A DNA stretch of 64,000 bases from Iphione sp. A-MEVVRFRX5 (taxonomy: Eukaryota), in assembly GCA_976226885.1 (NCBI GenBank), contig OZ320316.1, forward strand, positions 39,804,001 to 39,868,000. Reading direction: 5' to 3'. Position numbers and translations under genes: made by a program. Each line of letters opens with the position of its first letter. The first letter of the stretch is position 1. Positions 36,440 to 49,400 of this stretch are shown piece after piece. The notes below the pieces were generated by a model that worked only from the letters and a program-made list of their open reading frames with translations, was not told where the DNA came from and did not search any database.

Positions 36440-39400
36440 AATGAGCGCAGATAAGCATCGGCTGTGTTGACAGGCCTAAAACGCTCCTCTTGTTCGGCGC
36501 GGAGTCCAGCAGCGACCACCCAGGAGAGCGACGTAAGGGAAGTTAAGGGAATGAGCATGAGGGCCATAATGGCAGGCGGCAACGGCTGAGGTCCGGGGAG
36601 TAAGGGGATCAGGATTACTGGCCAAATGTACCGGAAATGGGATCTAAGCGTGCGAGCATGGGTCTTTCGATGACCTTGACTAATCAGACATGGCTGCCCC
36701 GCACGGCAATCCTTTGCCCAGATTGTGTGCTTTACGGGTGACCTCGGCTAATACCCCGAGCACTGCAGCGGCAGGAGCCCCCATCGATGGCCGGTGATCA
36801 CCGCCTTCCGGCCGGTAGCCGCCGCCCTCTGTAACGGTAAGGGCGGCATTGGCCAATATGCGAGCAGATTAACCTTGTCTGTGTCGGTCGAGGCGACAGA
36901 TACCCGAACAAGTTGCTTAATTTTGGGCCAATAGCCTGGCGAGCAATGCGAAATATTGGCTTTTAAGGCGGCTAGGCCAACGGGGCTATTGCCGCAGTGA
37001 GTCCGGGGCTAGTTGCTGTCAGACCAAATGTCTGCAGTAAATGGGGACCTTGACATGCATATTACATGGAAGTGTCGCAGCTGATCTGCTTATTGGGAGA
37101 AGCTATGGAAGGCTAATAAACTGATCAGGGCGGAGAATTCAATATGATAGTCGGTCATAAACTGGAGGAGACGGGAGCAACTAAGTGCTCAGTTATATGA
37201 CATTTAGGTCGCATAATGGCTGAGTCGGAAGTACAGCAAGTTGTTTAAGAGGGCTATGGTCATTCCCATCCATTTAGGCACGTATATATGTATATGCATA
37301 GATATGCATTTATATTTCATATATATACAACTTTATGTAATTCACCCGAAAGTAGAATTTTCCTCTGAAGTCAAACACATATTTAGGCGACATATCAAAT
37401 ATAAGGTGATGCATACATCTGTACATGTATATGTTTTCAAAGATCATTGATTCCAATAAACAGTGGAAAGGAAACATGAAGAAAGTGACCGGCAGCGAAA
37501 GTGCAGAGGCACTAATATGTATTTAGCACACGTCATTCTCGATATTCCCGAGGCAATGTAAATATGGGTCTGCCTAGATTGCTGCGTACGGATTCCCAGT
37601 AATGATATGCAATAACAGCGATATAAGATTAGTCGCAGAAGTAGGCATGGAGCTGGCGAGGACATCCTACGCACAAGCTGTCGGACGACGAGTGCCTTGG
37701 GAACAAGGAGCATTCTCTGATTGCTGTCAGCTTAAACCTTAGTTTCTGTAGAACTTACGGATGGGGATGGGGACCTCGATAGGCCAGATTGTGATCCTGC
37801 AACCACGGTTGGAATGTCAACCTCACATATCTAACAGTTGTGTGCTGCTGCATATCCCGCCAATGTGTCTATGGCCACTAGTCAGTCTGTGTATTTCGGC
37901 AGGGGGGTATATTTGTATAGATGTGTGCTGCCCCTGCACGCTTGCGCGCGTATATGTGTGTGTGTGTTTGCACGTGTGTCTACAGGGAAGAAAAGAAGCC
38001 AATCGATGACGTATGGTACTGGACGCGTCGGGCGCACCACCACAGACTTCACTGGTTGCCGTCGTGAGGCGCCGTCCAAATGCTCACACGGCGCGCCTAA
38101 TCAAATGTAAATGTTCGATTTCAATCAAACCCACTGGAGATCCGGGAGACGATGACGACCAAGGAGTAGGACGCTGGAAGGAGAGACTCGGAGCAATGGA
38201 GGACAGCAACCGATAACCTAACTTCACAACAGTGCGAATAGAGATGTGTCATAATGTACATACACGTGTAATTTATTCTGAGAGGACAAACACTCTCTGC
38301 CAGCAGTCTGCAATTGCACATGTAGGCTTCTCACCCAGATGCGGCTTTCCACGGCACCATGTTGCCTATACAAGCAGTTGTAAATAGTGCGCACTAATAT
38401 GTGAAAGTCAGTGCCTACGCTTTGCGGACCACCAGTGCCTGTGTTGCATACGTAAAGACTGCACATAGCCAGATACGACAGAAGGTCAGACTCGAGATAA
38501 AAAGCATAGAGACCGTTGAAGTCAACCCTGGACCCCCACCCACCCTACAGCTTCCTAGTCTTCCGCCCTCGGGGGCATGGATGGCGGCCAGAAAGCTACT
38601 TACATCGACCCGAATGGTGCAGTGACGGGAAATTACCGCCCGGCCGAATGAAATGATATCATACTTGGAGATAAATCTGAGTCAGGCACAGATGACAAGG
38701 GCGCATGCGACCCACCTTTGGGGTCGCTCGGCCGTTAATTGGCAAGGGCGGGGTCGTCGCAAGAAAAACCGCCGATACAAAGCGCCAGTAGAACAGGGGG
38801 CAGGATCCGGGGAATCGCTTACATGACATAGTAATGACGTTGCATGATGCAGTGAATTGCAGACAATCACCAGGGTGGACTAGCAATCACATTTTTAAAC
38901 ATTGATTCTCCGACATTTTTATCATGCTCATAGATGTTATCTTTTTCGTCTCTCGCAATAAACAGTCCAGTTTACAGACAGCCACACATCTTTCGTTCTT
39001 CAGAAATAGCACAATAGCTCGATTGAAAGCCAGGTCCATAGGTAATAAAAAGTATCCCCGTAATTCATACAGCTACTTTCAATGTGCCATAGTTTTCTCT
39101 TATCCAAGCTACTGACGTCCTTTCAGCAAGAATGACAAAGTAGACCCCATCTACTCTGATAATTCATTCAGCAGCTCTTTTCTGACTTCAGTGAAGTATG
39201 ATACTTTACCGCCTTGACAGAAAACCTAGGCTGCCAAGATCGTAAATTGGCTCTATATAGCGCACGACCTTAGACACGTCGCTCAGACTTTAAACGGGGC
39301 CTTAATTACTGTAAAAGCAGCCCCAACCTATGGTTGCAAAAATACCCTTCTGCTGGCTTGGTCCCCCCCCCCTGTGGTTTTCACTTGAAGCCTTTTTTCG

Positions 39401-39446
39401 TCTTTTATATGCTGATGTTGATTGCGGCACACAGCTTTTGCACATA

Positions 39447-39535
39447 CCAATGAGCGCGCTGTGCGTCGACAGCCAGCTCATGCTACTCATGCCGATATAA
39501 CTTTAAACTGACGTAAGATGATTTGAATATATAAA
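39447..39535 (+). promoter_or_regulatory. Promoter-like motif series: CCAAT, CRE-like, TATA
   Basis: CCAAT at 39447, TGACGTAA at 39509 and TATATAAA at 39528, ahead of a GC-rich island. Confidence 0.3.
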
Positions 39536-40283
39536 TGTGCTCGGCTCGGGGTGTTCCCCGCTTGCTGCGTAGACTACAACAATCAGCCTTGATGAGGGGC
39601 CCTGATGTGGCTTTATTTTTATCGCTGCTAAGGAGAGCGGCGGTGAGGCAGATTAACGCCGGAGACAAGGATGGCGGGCCGACGGAGGTGGAGGCGCCGG
39701 CCCAATCGCGCAATCGGAGAAACGCTATATGCTGGCTTTGACCGGATGTGCGCGTGTGTGAACCAGCAACGCCAGCAACTGGAGGATGGAGAAACTGGGG
39801 AAGGAAGGAATGTGTGTGGGGGGAGGAGAGGGGGGGGGGTAACGGTTGCACCCCCCCACCTCCCGCGCTGGTGGCTTCTGCTGGCTGTGGATGCGATCTC
39901 GACGACAAGGCGATAAAGACAAATTAGTGCGATTTGATCACTCGAATGGGCCACCGGAGAAAGGAGTGTGACGCAGCACGTAGCGTCGCGCCCAGCTACT
40001 CTGGAGATGGCGCCAGGAGACCAGGGAGACTGTCGGAGATGAAGGAGAAGGATTCTCGAAATGAGATGAAGACAAGTGTTCATTTCACAGAGCATGAATA
40101 TCTCTGGATTTTTCACCTCTTCTTGTCTTCATCACCCATTTCGATTCTTACTGGAGGCGCGTACATGACACGAGAATGGTACGTCGTGTTGTGTGTGGAA
40201 GGGAAGCAGGGAACAGAAGTGGAGGTCAAGAGCAAGACTGGCGTTCGACTGTAGTTGGATGTTACGTAAATGTTATTGTCATT

Positions 40284-40400
40284 TGGCACCACCAGGCACC
40301 ACCAATGAGGTACACCGCTAGGCACGGAGACTAAGCACCACCACTGGCCAGGCACCCTCTATGGGCGCCACTAGTGGGCACCGCCTATGGGCACGCACTA
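40284..40400. repeat. Degenerate GGCACC-based minisatellite (about 9 units of 10-17 bp)
   Basis: ggcaccacca ggcaccacca...ggcacggagacta agcaccacc...ggcaccctctatg ggcgccactagtg ggcaccgcctatg ggcacgc. Confidence 0.7.
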
Positions 40401-43400
40401 CGATAAGTCTTCTGAGCACGACTGGCACCCTCCCCTGCCTGCCCCCTCCCTCCTTTACCTCGCCAGCTTGTGCACCCTTACCGCAGCCCGCCCCTGGTGG
40501 ACACGTCACTGCAGCAATGACGCCCGTAGGATGGGGAGGGGGGACGTCACAGAGGAAGCAATCACAACATGTGCGGACCATCCCAGAGGACCGCTCTGAG
40601 GTAGGCGTCCCCCTTTCCTCCAGCGTGTCTCCAGAGCTTTCATCACCCCTTCCATCCATTGCCACCCACCGGAGGACAAAAGCCAAACTTCACGTTCAAC
40701 TCGAATTCGAAGCTGAAGACCACAAAAATGGCATCTCAGCAAAGAGTGTACATACCGTTTCCAGTGTAATGCCTTATTATATAGTCTCCTGCTCGACAGA
40801 CCCATCGCTTTAGGGAAAATCTTTCTCGTTTACTACGTCGCTCTTACGTCTCTTTTCCCCCTTCGTATTTGTTTAAGATTTCGTCCTTTGTGTGGACTGT
40901 AGCATGCCTCGGGCTTGGTTTATGCCAGAGACATCAGCCGTGCGCCGTTCATGTCTGTAAGTATATATTTGGAGGCGCGTGAGCGTGTGCTGTAGTCTCT
41001 GAAAGGGGTGAGTATAGTCTTATGTGCATGCGTCGCGATGGGGTCACTATAAGAGGGAGAGGGGGCTCGAAGTACATTTAGGACAGGCGACAGCTGGTTC
41101 ACAGCAGAGACCATTTATCACACCCTGCCCCCGACGTCCTGTCAACAGTCACTCCAGGGTGGGCGGCGGGTCAGAAAGGGGCGCCGGCATCATCGGTTGT
41201 TGCCTTTCCTCCAACTGGAGGTGGAAGACGCCATGTCCTTCCCCCTGGAGGCAGGTGTATGGCAGCAGACAGCACAAGACGCCCTGCTCATCCATCAGTG
41301 GTACATCGGGTGTGCCACAACATAAGGGTCGCTGCCCTCTCCATGCTTCCTCCAGGGTTGTCGGAGAGTCAGGGTCATCTCATAGTAAATCACTTACTAC
41401 TAGCGGGCCAATAAACGTCTTGAATTGAGGCACATTTCTCGCCTTGCGTACCTATTTTAAGACATGCTTAGTGAACAAACTGTACGTGTCTCTTGGCCAC
41501 TTTAGAATAAGATACAAAATGATATCAGACGCATATATTCATCTTTTAACTAAACCGCAATGTCTTATAAAGCATCTGTTTTTCTGGGGGGAAATTTAAC
41601 CGTGCAGTTTTCATCTCGCACAGAGCACAACCGGTTGATCTCGCAGTAGAAAGTCATCAACCATCAATATCGTGAAACGGCAACGGCCATGCATAATGTA
41701 AAAGGCCATGGAAGCGTGTCATTTAAAGATCAGTTTTAAAACCACGGCAAGCTGCAATGCCCGCTTCCCCTCCCCGTCCAGTCATCTCCATTGCCGGCAC
41801 TCCTCGATATCGGCTTTTGATGGCCAAGTTTTATTGGACAGGGCATAACACGATCTGACACGAACCGGCGGTGCGAGCAGGGAGCGGCAGCCGGAAAGGG
41901 GAACGGCCATATGTCACCCGGGCCCCTACTTTTAAAGTCTGGCCCACGTCTGCGGAGGCCCCCACGAAATGTCTGGAACCACAGATTGGGACTTGGTCTG
42001 CGGGGGTGGATGGGGGGGGGGGCATCATTCTCTCCGCTATCTTATCGATGCCTCGATAGGGTGTTTCTTCTGCAATGTTTAGACACGTGGGTGCAATTGG
42101 CCGGTGCGTTTTCATGGTCTTCCGAGCGCGGACGTTAAATGCTGGGAGCATGACGTAGATCGCTCCATCGCTCCAGCTCTTCCCCACTGCATTTCCCGCT
42201 GCCCTGTTACCGACCCCTTCCCGTGGAATGCACAAAGCTCTTGTCAAATGACGCCCTCTGACGCTCTGATACCCCCAATCCGGACTACCCTCCAGCGCCC
42301 CCACCGGGGCGTGAAATTCCTCCCGTCAACATTTTTCTATCCGAACCCATACATCACCGTGACCGTAGCGTGGTATTCCCTCGATCGTTCACCCTGCCCC
42401 TGCTTCACGCCCAGTGTCCTTCAACGCCTCCATCACACACACTCGCCATCTTTTCCTACCGGGAGAAGACTCACTCCGACCTTTTGGTGGTTGCAATATC
42501 TCGGTCGGCAAGCTAGGTCCGCCAACAGTGCTATCACATTGCTGTCGCACTTTTCCACCTCATCAGACCTCACAGGCTGCGACATGCGATTCGTTCCCTT
42601 TTGCTTGGTGTTATCTCTCTCCCGCCCCCACTCACCGCAAAACTTCCTCATTTGTCCTGGCTACCTTGTTCTCCACTCACTACTGAGCCCGCCCTTTACT
42701 GCTACTTCTTCGTTTTCTCTTCGCCACCCACGTCCCTTTCTCTTTCCTCAGACTCGGGAGAGCGGATGGCGCCATAAGAAGGGAGTGGCTCGCTGTCACC
42801 AGCCAATACGAACACGTTCGGCCTGAACCCGACACTGGTGCTTATTTTCACATGAACGCCTTTTGTCTTATTTTTAAGACTCCCGCCGGCACATTGACAA
42901 AAAAGCCCGCGGAATCAAAGAGCCGATAAAGCTTATTCCATCGTCCCAGATTTTTTGCTTCTTTAGCAGGCGCCTCTGAGCTGCTCGCTGATCGGATCCG
43001 AGCGGTTGGCCACATTCAAGATGGCGTCGGTAGCGCATATCGGTTAAGCCTCCGATAGAACTGAAGGTATCTATCAGTGAACGTAGCGTGTTGAGCTAGT
43101 AAAAAGCATATGGCTTCTGATTAATACGTAAGAGTTAATTTCAATGTGTATGGAATGGCAGTTCCTTTTTTTCGACGAGCTGTTAAACGTTTATTCAATG
43201 AAGGGCATTCAATTTAAAAGCAGCAGCACCTTCTTTGAAACCTTATATCAACGCATAGATAGGAGGTTATGGACTGCTTTGGAGAAAAAGTACGGTGTAT
43301 ACCAAAATGGAAATGCGCCCTCTAGGTAACCTTCAAGAGAAAAGGCATTTCCGTTTTGGAGAGCCAGAATTGACGCTGTCCGAGTTGTTTCGTTCATCAG

Positions 43401-46400
43401 ATAAGTAGCGTATTACAGAAGGTCAGTATAATGTCAGTACCATGTGTAGTCAAATGGTTTACTATAAAGGACTTAGTTCCAGAAGAGGATTTAAATATCT
43501 CGAGGGGCCCCGATCCTTGTAATATTAGCATGAAGCCATAAGTGTAAGCGCTACATGGTTTCCATTAACAGTGTTTTACGTGGAAGAAAACGACCAACAG
43601 CCCAATGGGAAATAGAAGGCGAATTCTATGTGGCACCCGCCTCAAGTAATGGCGCCATTGGTCGACAGCATTCTCCTTATTAAGCATATTTATCTACTAT
43701 CGACTTGGGCAGAATGACAGCCATATTGATCTGTACCCTTCCAAACGAGTACAGACTCATCACCTCAGCGTATAAGGGATCAATATGTGCAAGTCAATGT
43801 CACTTCATAAACGTCTGTGTATTTGGGAGTACCTGGTAAGTGTCCTGCTATTCTGCCGCAGCATTGCGCACAGCCGGAGTAAATAGACGCGCAGTATCGC
43901 CACAGGCAAAACCCACTTCCCATATACTGCTGGGAACTACAGAAAGTCTATTGGTGCGGTCCAACGCTGCTGCGCACACATATTGCAACCGTCTAACTGT
44001 TTCACTGTGTACTGTTCACAAAAACAGTTTTTCATCAAGCAGTAGCATATAGACCTGAGGAGGTGAGCTAAATTATGAACCTTTGCTCTCAGGACCTAAA
44101 AACAGGCGTTCCCTCTGGTTTAATTCAGAGTCACGTAACAACCAGTTAAGAATCAAATACGTATCGCTCTTTGTTGCATTCCTCCGCTGAAGCTCTCATA
44201 TGCTGTCTTTTATTTTCGGAGAATTGCAGTGAATGTACCACCGCGGTCTATATTATGATATTGCTTACAGGCCTGTCTATACTACTTATAAATTTGTAAA
44301 CATTTCAAGGTAGATCAAGAGCAAACCGCACTTGTAGGAACTACTCGCGTTACGCCGACAGGCAGCTGACGGTGCCAGTGCCTCCGACGTGCCTCTCACT
44401 TGTCCCGTTGTGGCAGACAAGCTTCCCAGAGGACATGTTCACGTTGTGCTGTTTGGACATCGAGCGGAAAAGGTAGACACAGAAAGACAGACGATGGGCA
44501 GACATGACAGGGTGAATTTTGTGAACAGCTTACAATGGCTCGGAGCAACTCGCCCACGCATCTTGCTTGTCGTCACAGGCCGTTTTGGACCGTCCGCCCC
44601 GCGCCATGGTCGCCCGCGGCTGCGACGGTCGGAGCTGCGGCGGAGTCAGCATTGGCGAGCGTATCGGTGTCGGGGCCACGGAGGAGGACTATCTTTATGT
44701 CCCAACAAGCTGGGTTTAATTAATGGCACGCGCGCGCGTCCGCACTAATCGATTACAACTGATTTCATGCACGCTGCGTCGCGCTTTTGCTGATGTGCAG
44801 TCAGATCCTGCAGGGCCACGGGCGCTGTCGACTGGGCGCGGAAGTTGGGTGCTGAGAAGAAGAGCGGATAGAGGGGAGAAGGGTGAGGGGTTGGGAGCAG
44901 CAGAAAGAGAGCGAGAGAGGGGCTCTCTTCCCACCTCGCGTCCACATCCGCGTATCGAGAAGCCCACATGGCCGTGAGAACGTATTCTGGCGTCGAAGAT
45001 ATACTTTTCATTAACCCCTGCTTGACTGGAGAGACTGGGAAGTGCTTACTCGGTGGTCCGCGTGGACCTGATGAGCTTTTGTCGAGATATTTTAGCGCCA
45101 TGATAAGCATTGTTAATGGTGTGCGGCGCCATTTTAGGGTGGTAAATCAACCTAATTATATCTTGGTGTATTTTACATACAAAATATCTATAATCTAACA
45201 GTGAACCAATGTGACAGTTTTGTTGCATTCTACTTCACTATCTAGAAGAGTGTTCGGAAGAGAAAGTTTGATGTTTATTTGTTTGCCAAAAAATAAAAGA
45301 TTAGTGGCAACATTTTGGTGATTATATGTTTTAACAGCCGTCTCAAAGAAGTGCAGATGAAACTAGCCTGAAAAGTGTGGAGAGTTACAAGTTACAAACA
45401 ATTGGTTAAAACGCCATGTTAGTCTGCTGATGTGAAAAGGCTATGTCCCGACAAGGGAGCGGGGAGAGAGCGCTTGTCGGGCTGTCATCGCACGAGGCAA
45501 TCAGTCTTACGCTTGGTCACTGACAAGGGGCTTGGGTCCTTCAACCTACCGGAGGACACGCGGTGTAGGTGTCGGACTGCCGCTGTTGGAGGAGGGGATT
45601 AGGGACTGCGTCGTCACCCCGTCAGGTAGACTACCGTGCAGGGATGATCCGGCTTATCGTTTGGCCTGGGCCCACCGCCCATCCATCAACTCGTTAGCGA
45701 GCAGCTCTGAATAGCAGCGAGCAGTGGGAGCTGGTGTTATGTGTTCTGTGCATTACTATTTGTATGTGCGCGTTCGTGTGCTTGTATGTAGGAGGGAGTG
45801 CGTACGGGAACGTGAGTGGGTGTGTTCGGATTGGCCATAGAAAGCGGCAACTACGAGAGGACTCGTCGGGGAGACATGGAATGACAGCCGAGTCAAAGCC
45901 TCTCCCTCCGGAGACGGGAGAGATGGGGGCCATAACAGTTCGCGGCGAGGCGATGGAAGGCGGGAATAGGTGGTTAGTGGGAGGGTGGGTGGGTGGATGA
46001 GTAGGGGTAGTGGCGAGGGGCGGGAGGAAGAGATTGGGAGTTGCTGCCGTGCGGGCGGTGAACTCTCATCACATTCTCTTGGATTATTACACAGGCGACG
46101 GTTTTCTGCAATCCTCTGCCTGAGGTCGTAGGGGCGACTCGACAGCTAAGATATGACTGACTTTCTCCCTCCATTCGAGTATTTTCCGCCGTCTTCTCCG
46201 GCTGTGATGGGGAGCTGTGGCGGACGGTGGCGCAAAGACGGACTGCTTCATCTGCCTGCCTCACCGTCGTCCCCTTGTGATCACCCGGCGACCCATGCCC
46301 AAGCCACAGCTGCGCATTTATCCCGTCATTATCGGAGGGTGACTCAAGGCCCATGCTGACCCCACGTAACAAAATAATTATATGGCGTTTATAGTTATTA

Positions 46401-49400
46401 CGCGAGGCGTCGCACAGGGGACTAACTGCGCGTGTCAGACGCAGGCCGCCTCCTGGACCGGGTGTGGCTGGGTGGGTGGGCGTATGGGCGTGTGCTAGGT
46501 AGGGTAGGTGGATGGGTGGGTGGGAGTACGAAAGGGCGTTGGTCTTCACGTTCACCTATCCTTAAGCCACCCCTCCTTTTTTCGCACTCACTTTTCTCTG
46601 TTTTTTTATACCTCCGGGCTGACACAACTTGCGTGTTGCCCGCTCCCTTCCCACATCCTTTCACTGAAGTTACCCACCAAAAGTCCACCGCAGCCCACCA
46701 GCTGCCGTCATCCATATGCTGTCCAACAGCCCACAGTCCTTCCTCGGGGACCTCGGCACTGTAGCATTCCTCGGCCATCTCATTTTGGACAATCACAGAT
46801 GTCATTTACAGCTATTAGCAGCAGCAGTGTGCGTCCCGCTTCTGAGCCACTGTCTGTACCCTGGCAGAAGTGGGCGGGTGACTAACGATTGTACAGCCGA
46901 GGAAGGACTGCAACCAACTGTGGAGGAAAAGACATGAAATAAAACCTGAAACGTAAAACTAAGACTCTACACAGAACGTCGTTTGTTCTATTTAGACACA
47001 AAAACTTATACCTCTTTTTCATGAAAGCATCTCTGGATGAGATCGGCAAATGAATCCAATTTCCTTGCTTTTTCTAAATTCTTTCCAAGGGCGCTAAGCT
47101 TATAGCAGAATAGTGCGTGGCTAAAAAAAAAAAAAGATGGCCATTCGGCAAGTTGCCGGCAAAAATGCCACCGCATAGATGGGAGGTGTTTGCAGTGGGC
47201 GTGGGGTAAGGGATGTGGGATGGATCAGGGAGAGACCGACTAGGTGGGTAGTCGCGAGTCTCGCAATAATTATTACATGACCAATTATAAATTGGTGCGG
47301 CTGCATTGAGGCAACTGGGCGAGCGTTTGCAGCTGGGCGACCGGGATGTCGGCCACAAGATGGGTACAGAGAGAGGGAGAGGGACCACCTACTTAGCTGT
47401 CTATCAACAAGGCCTGCGAACATTTAAAACACCCCATCATACATGTAATGGAACCAGAGACCGAAAGCAATGAGTACCAATGTCCTTCACACCGACAGGG
47501 GACCTTTCATTCTAGTTTGGTAAAGATAACTCCCATATTCGACTGAAGTTCTCTATGTTGGTATGTGTGCATTATTACATATATGTATGAATATTAACGA
47601 ATCGGTACTGTGAGCAATTTAATGATGTCCATGTAATTAGGCATGCACCAAGCAATCATAGAATTAGTGCTCCACAACCCCGATTGGATACTTAAGAAAG
47701 TGCACATACAAGCCTGGGAATAGCATTTGTGCCCTACATTTCAGATGACAGTACAGTGTTTACTATTTAATTGATACACGTGCGGTGCTCTAATGTTGGT
47801 ACCATCAAAGCATTGGGAGTTCTCCATTAGAATCTGCGACGCTCAGCGTGGTATATTAGGCAACACAGAGAAAGGAAAAGCTCGCGTCGTCTAATGTATT
47901 GTGTATACAGGCGTGCTCAACTCCCTTGTACATACATATACCAGAATATCGACATAGAATTCTAGACAGGCTGTTCCCCAGTGTACATCTGAAGGTCAGC
48001 AGAGCAAGGAAGCAAGAACTGAAAATGACCTAGTTATTTTCTTTTTTTATTACATTACACCGCTGTACTCTAAGAACGCCGGCCGCAATGGAACGCTGAA
48101 GGGCTTTGCATGATGATTCACGCCGATTTTTTTCTGCAATGGCCTAATTTAGAGCGAGCGGCAGCAAAAAAAACCGGCGCCACAATATCTCTGAGGAGAT
48201 CGACGGGCTTGCCAGCTTCAGACCGTATCGAGGCGACGCTAGCTGCGGGCTGACGGCCGATAGGGGAGCAAAGAAGTCTTAATGACTCAAGTCTTGGGTG
48301 GCCTTTGTCTTGGTCACAGATTCATTAACTAACAAAGGGCATTTAGTCGCAATATGGGCAGATGCCAATCAGTCCCCGGCTATTTCCCTTGTGTTCTGTA
48401 GGTGGGTATACACTCGCCGTTGCTGTAGGCACCAAGTGGGAATGGCCTCCCATGGCTGCGGAACGAGAAGACGTCAATAGGCAGAACGGCCATGTCCGCG
48501 ACGGCAAAGTTCAGCATTATCACTGCACAGTGTTTGCTTTGTGGCAGGCAGTAATGACTAAATGAATGTCATTCCTCACAGAGACATTTGCGAATGGTTT
48601 ATGCCCGCGCTCCCTGTGTCCCTGATTTATTTCCAAGAGGCGTTTCAACGTATGACTCATATAGGCTGCCCTGGCCGAGAGTCTTCTGCTTCCAGACTGT
48701 GGGGAATTTATAGACACATAAACATGACAATATTTTATACATACTTGTAAATTTGTTGCATGTATACCATTGCGCCAAATACATTAGTGAGTTGTCAAGA
48801 AATATACAAACCCAAAGTTCTATAATGTATCCTAAATCGTTCCAAAACATAAGAGATGCACAGGTATACGTGCACATGCATGGTGCATGCAGACTGTATT
48901 TTCCTCACTCGTTTTCTGTATATTGGAATTTAGGAATTCAGTATTAAGATTCACCTATCCCAACAGCTATGCGTGGCACTAGGCATGTCCGCCAGCTTAA
49001 TACTCATATGATGTAGATTCAATTTGGCAACAACGTGGTTGGGTTTCTCTGTATACGGAACATGGCGTGCTATCCACCTGTCACGGCCGGAACCATCGGT
49101 GATGACGGCTGCGGAGGCTAGCCGGGAGACTTCCCCATCTCCTTCCTTGGTGAGTGGCCACCAAAGCGCTGGGCGGCCCCCATTCAGCGCTGCGGGCCTC
49201 CGCCGCGCGGCTACATTTGACATGATGCGTGGCCATTAACTTCAAAAAGGAAAGTAGGAATTGCGTTTATCAGGCGCACTTTTGATGGAGAGAGGGAATT
49301 AAGGCAGTCAGATGGGGCCCGGGCGGCTTTGATGGCGACAGAGGCGAGCTGTGACAGGTTTGACAGATCTAGGCGACGGCCGACCAAAAGCAACGTAAGC

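Noticed and set aside
42104-42826. 240-aa ORF, the longest in the right-hand block
   Set aside because: Pro/Ser/Leu/Thr composition follows C/T-rich sequence, it has a GTG start, and there is no recognisable domain.
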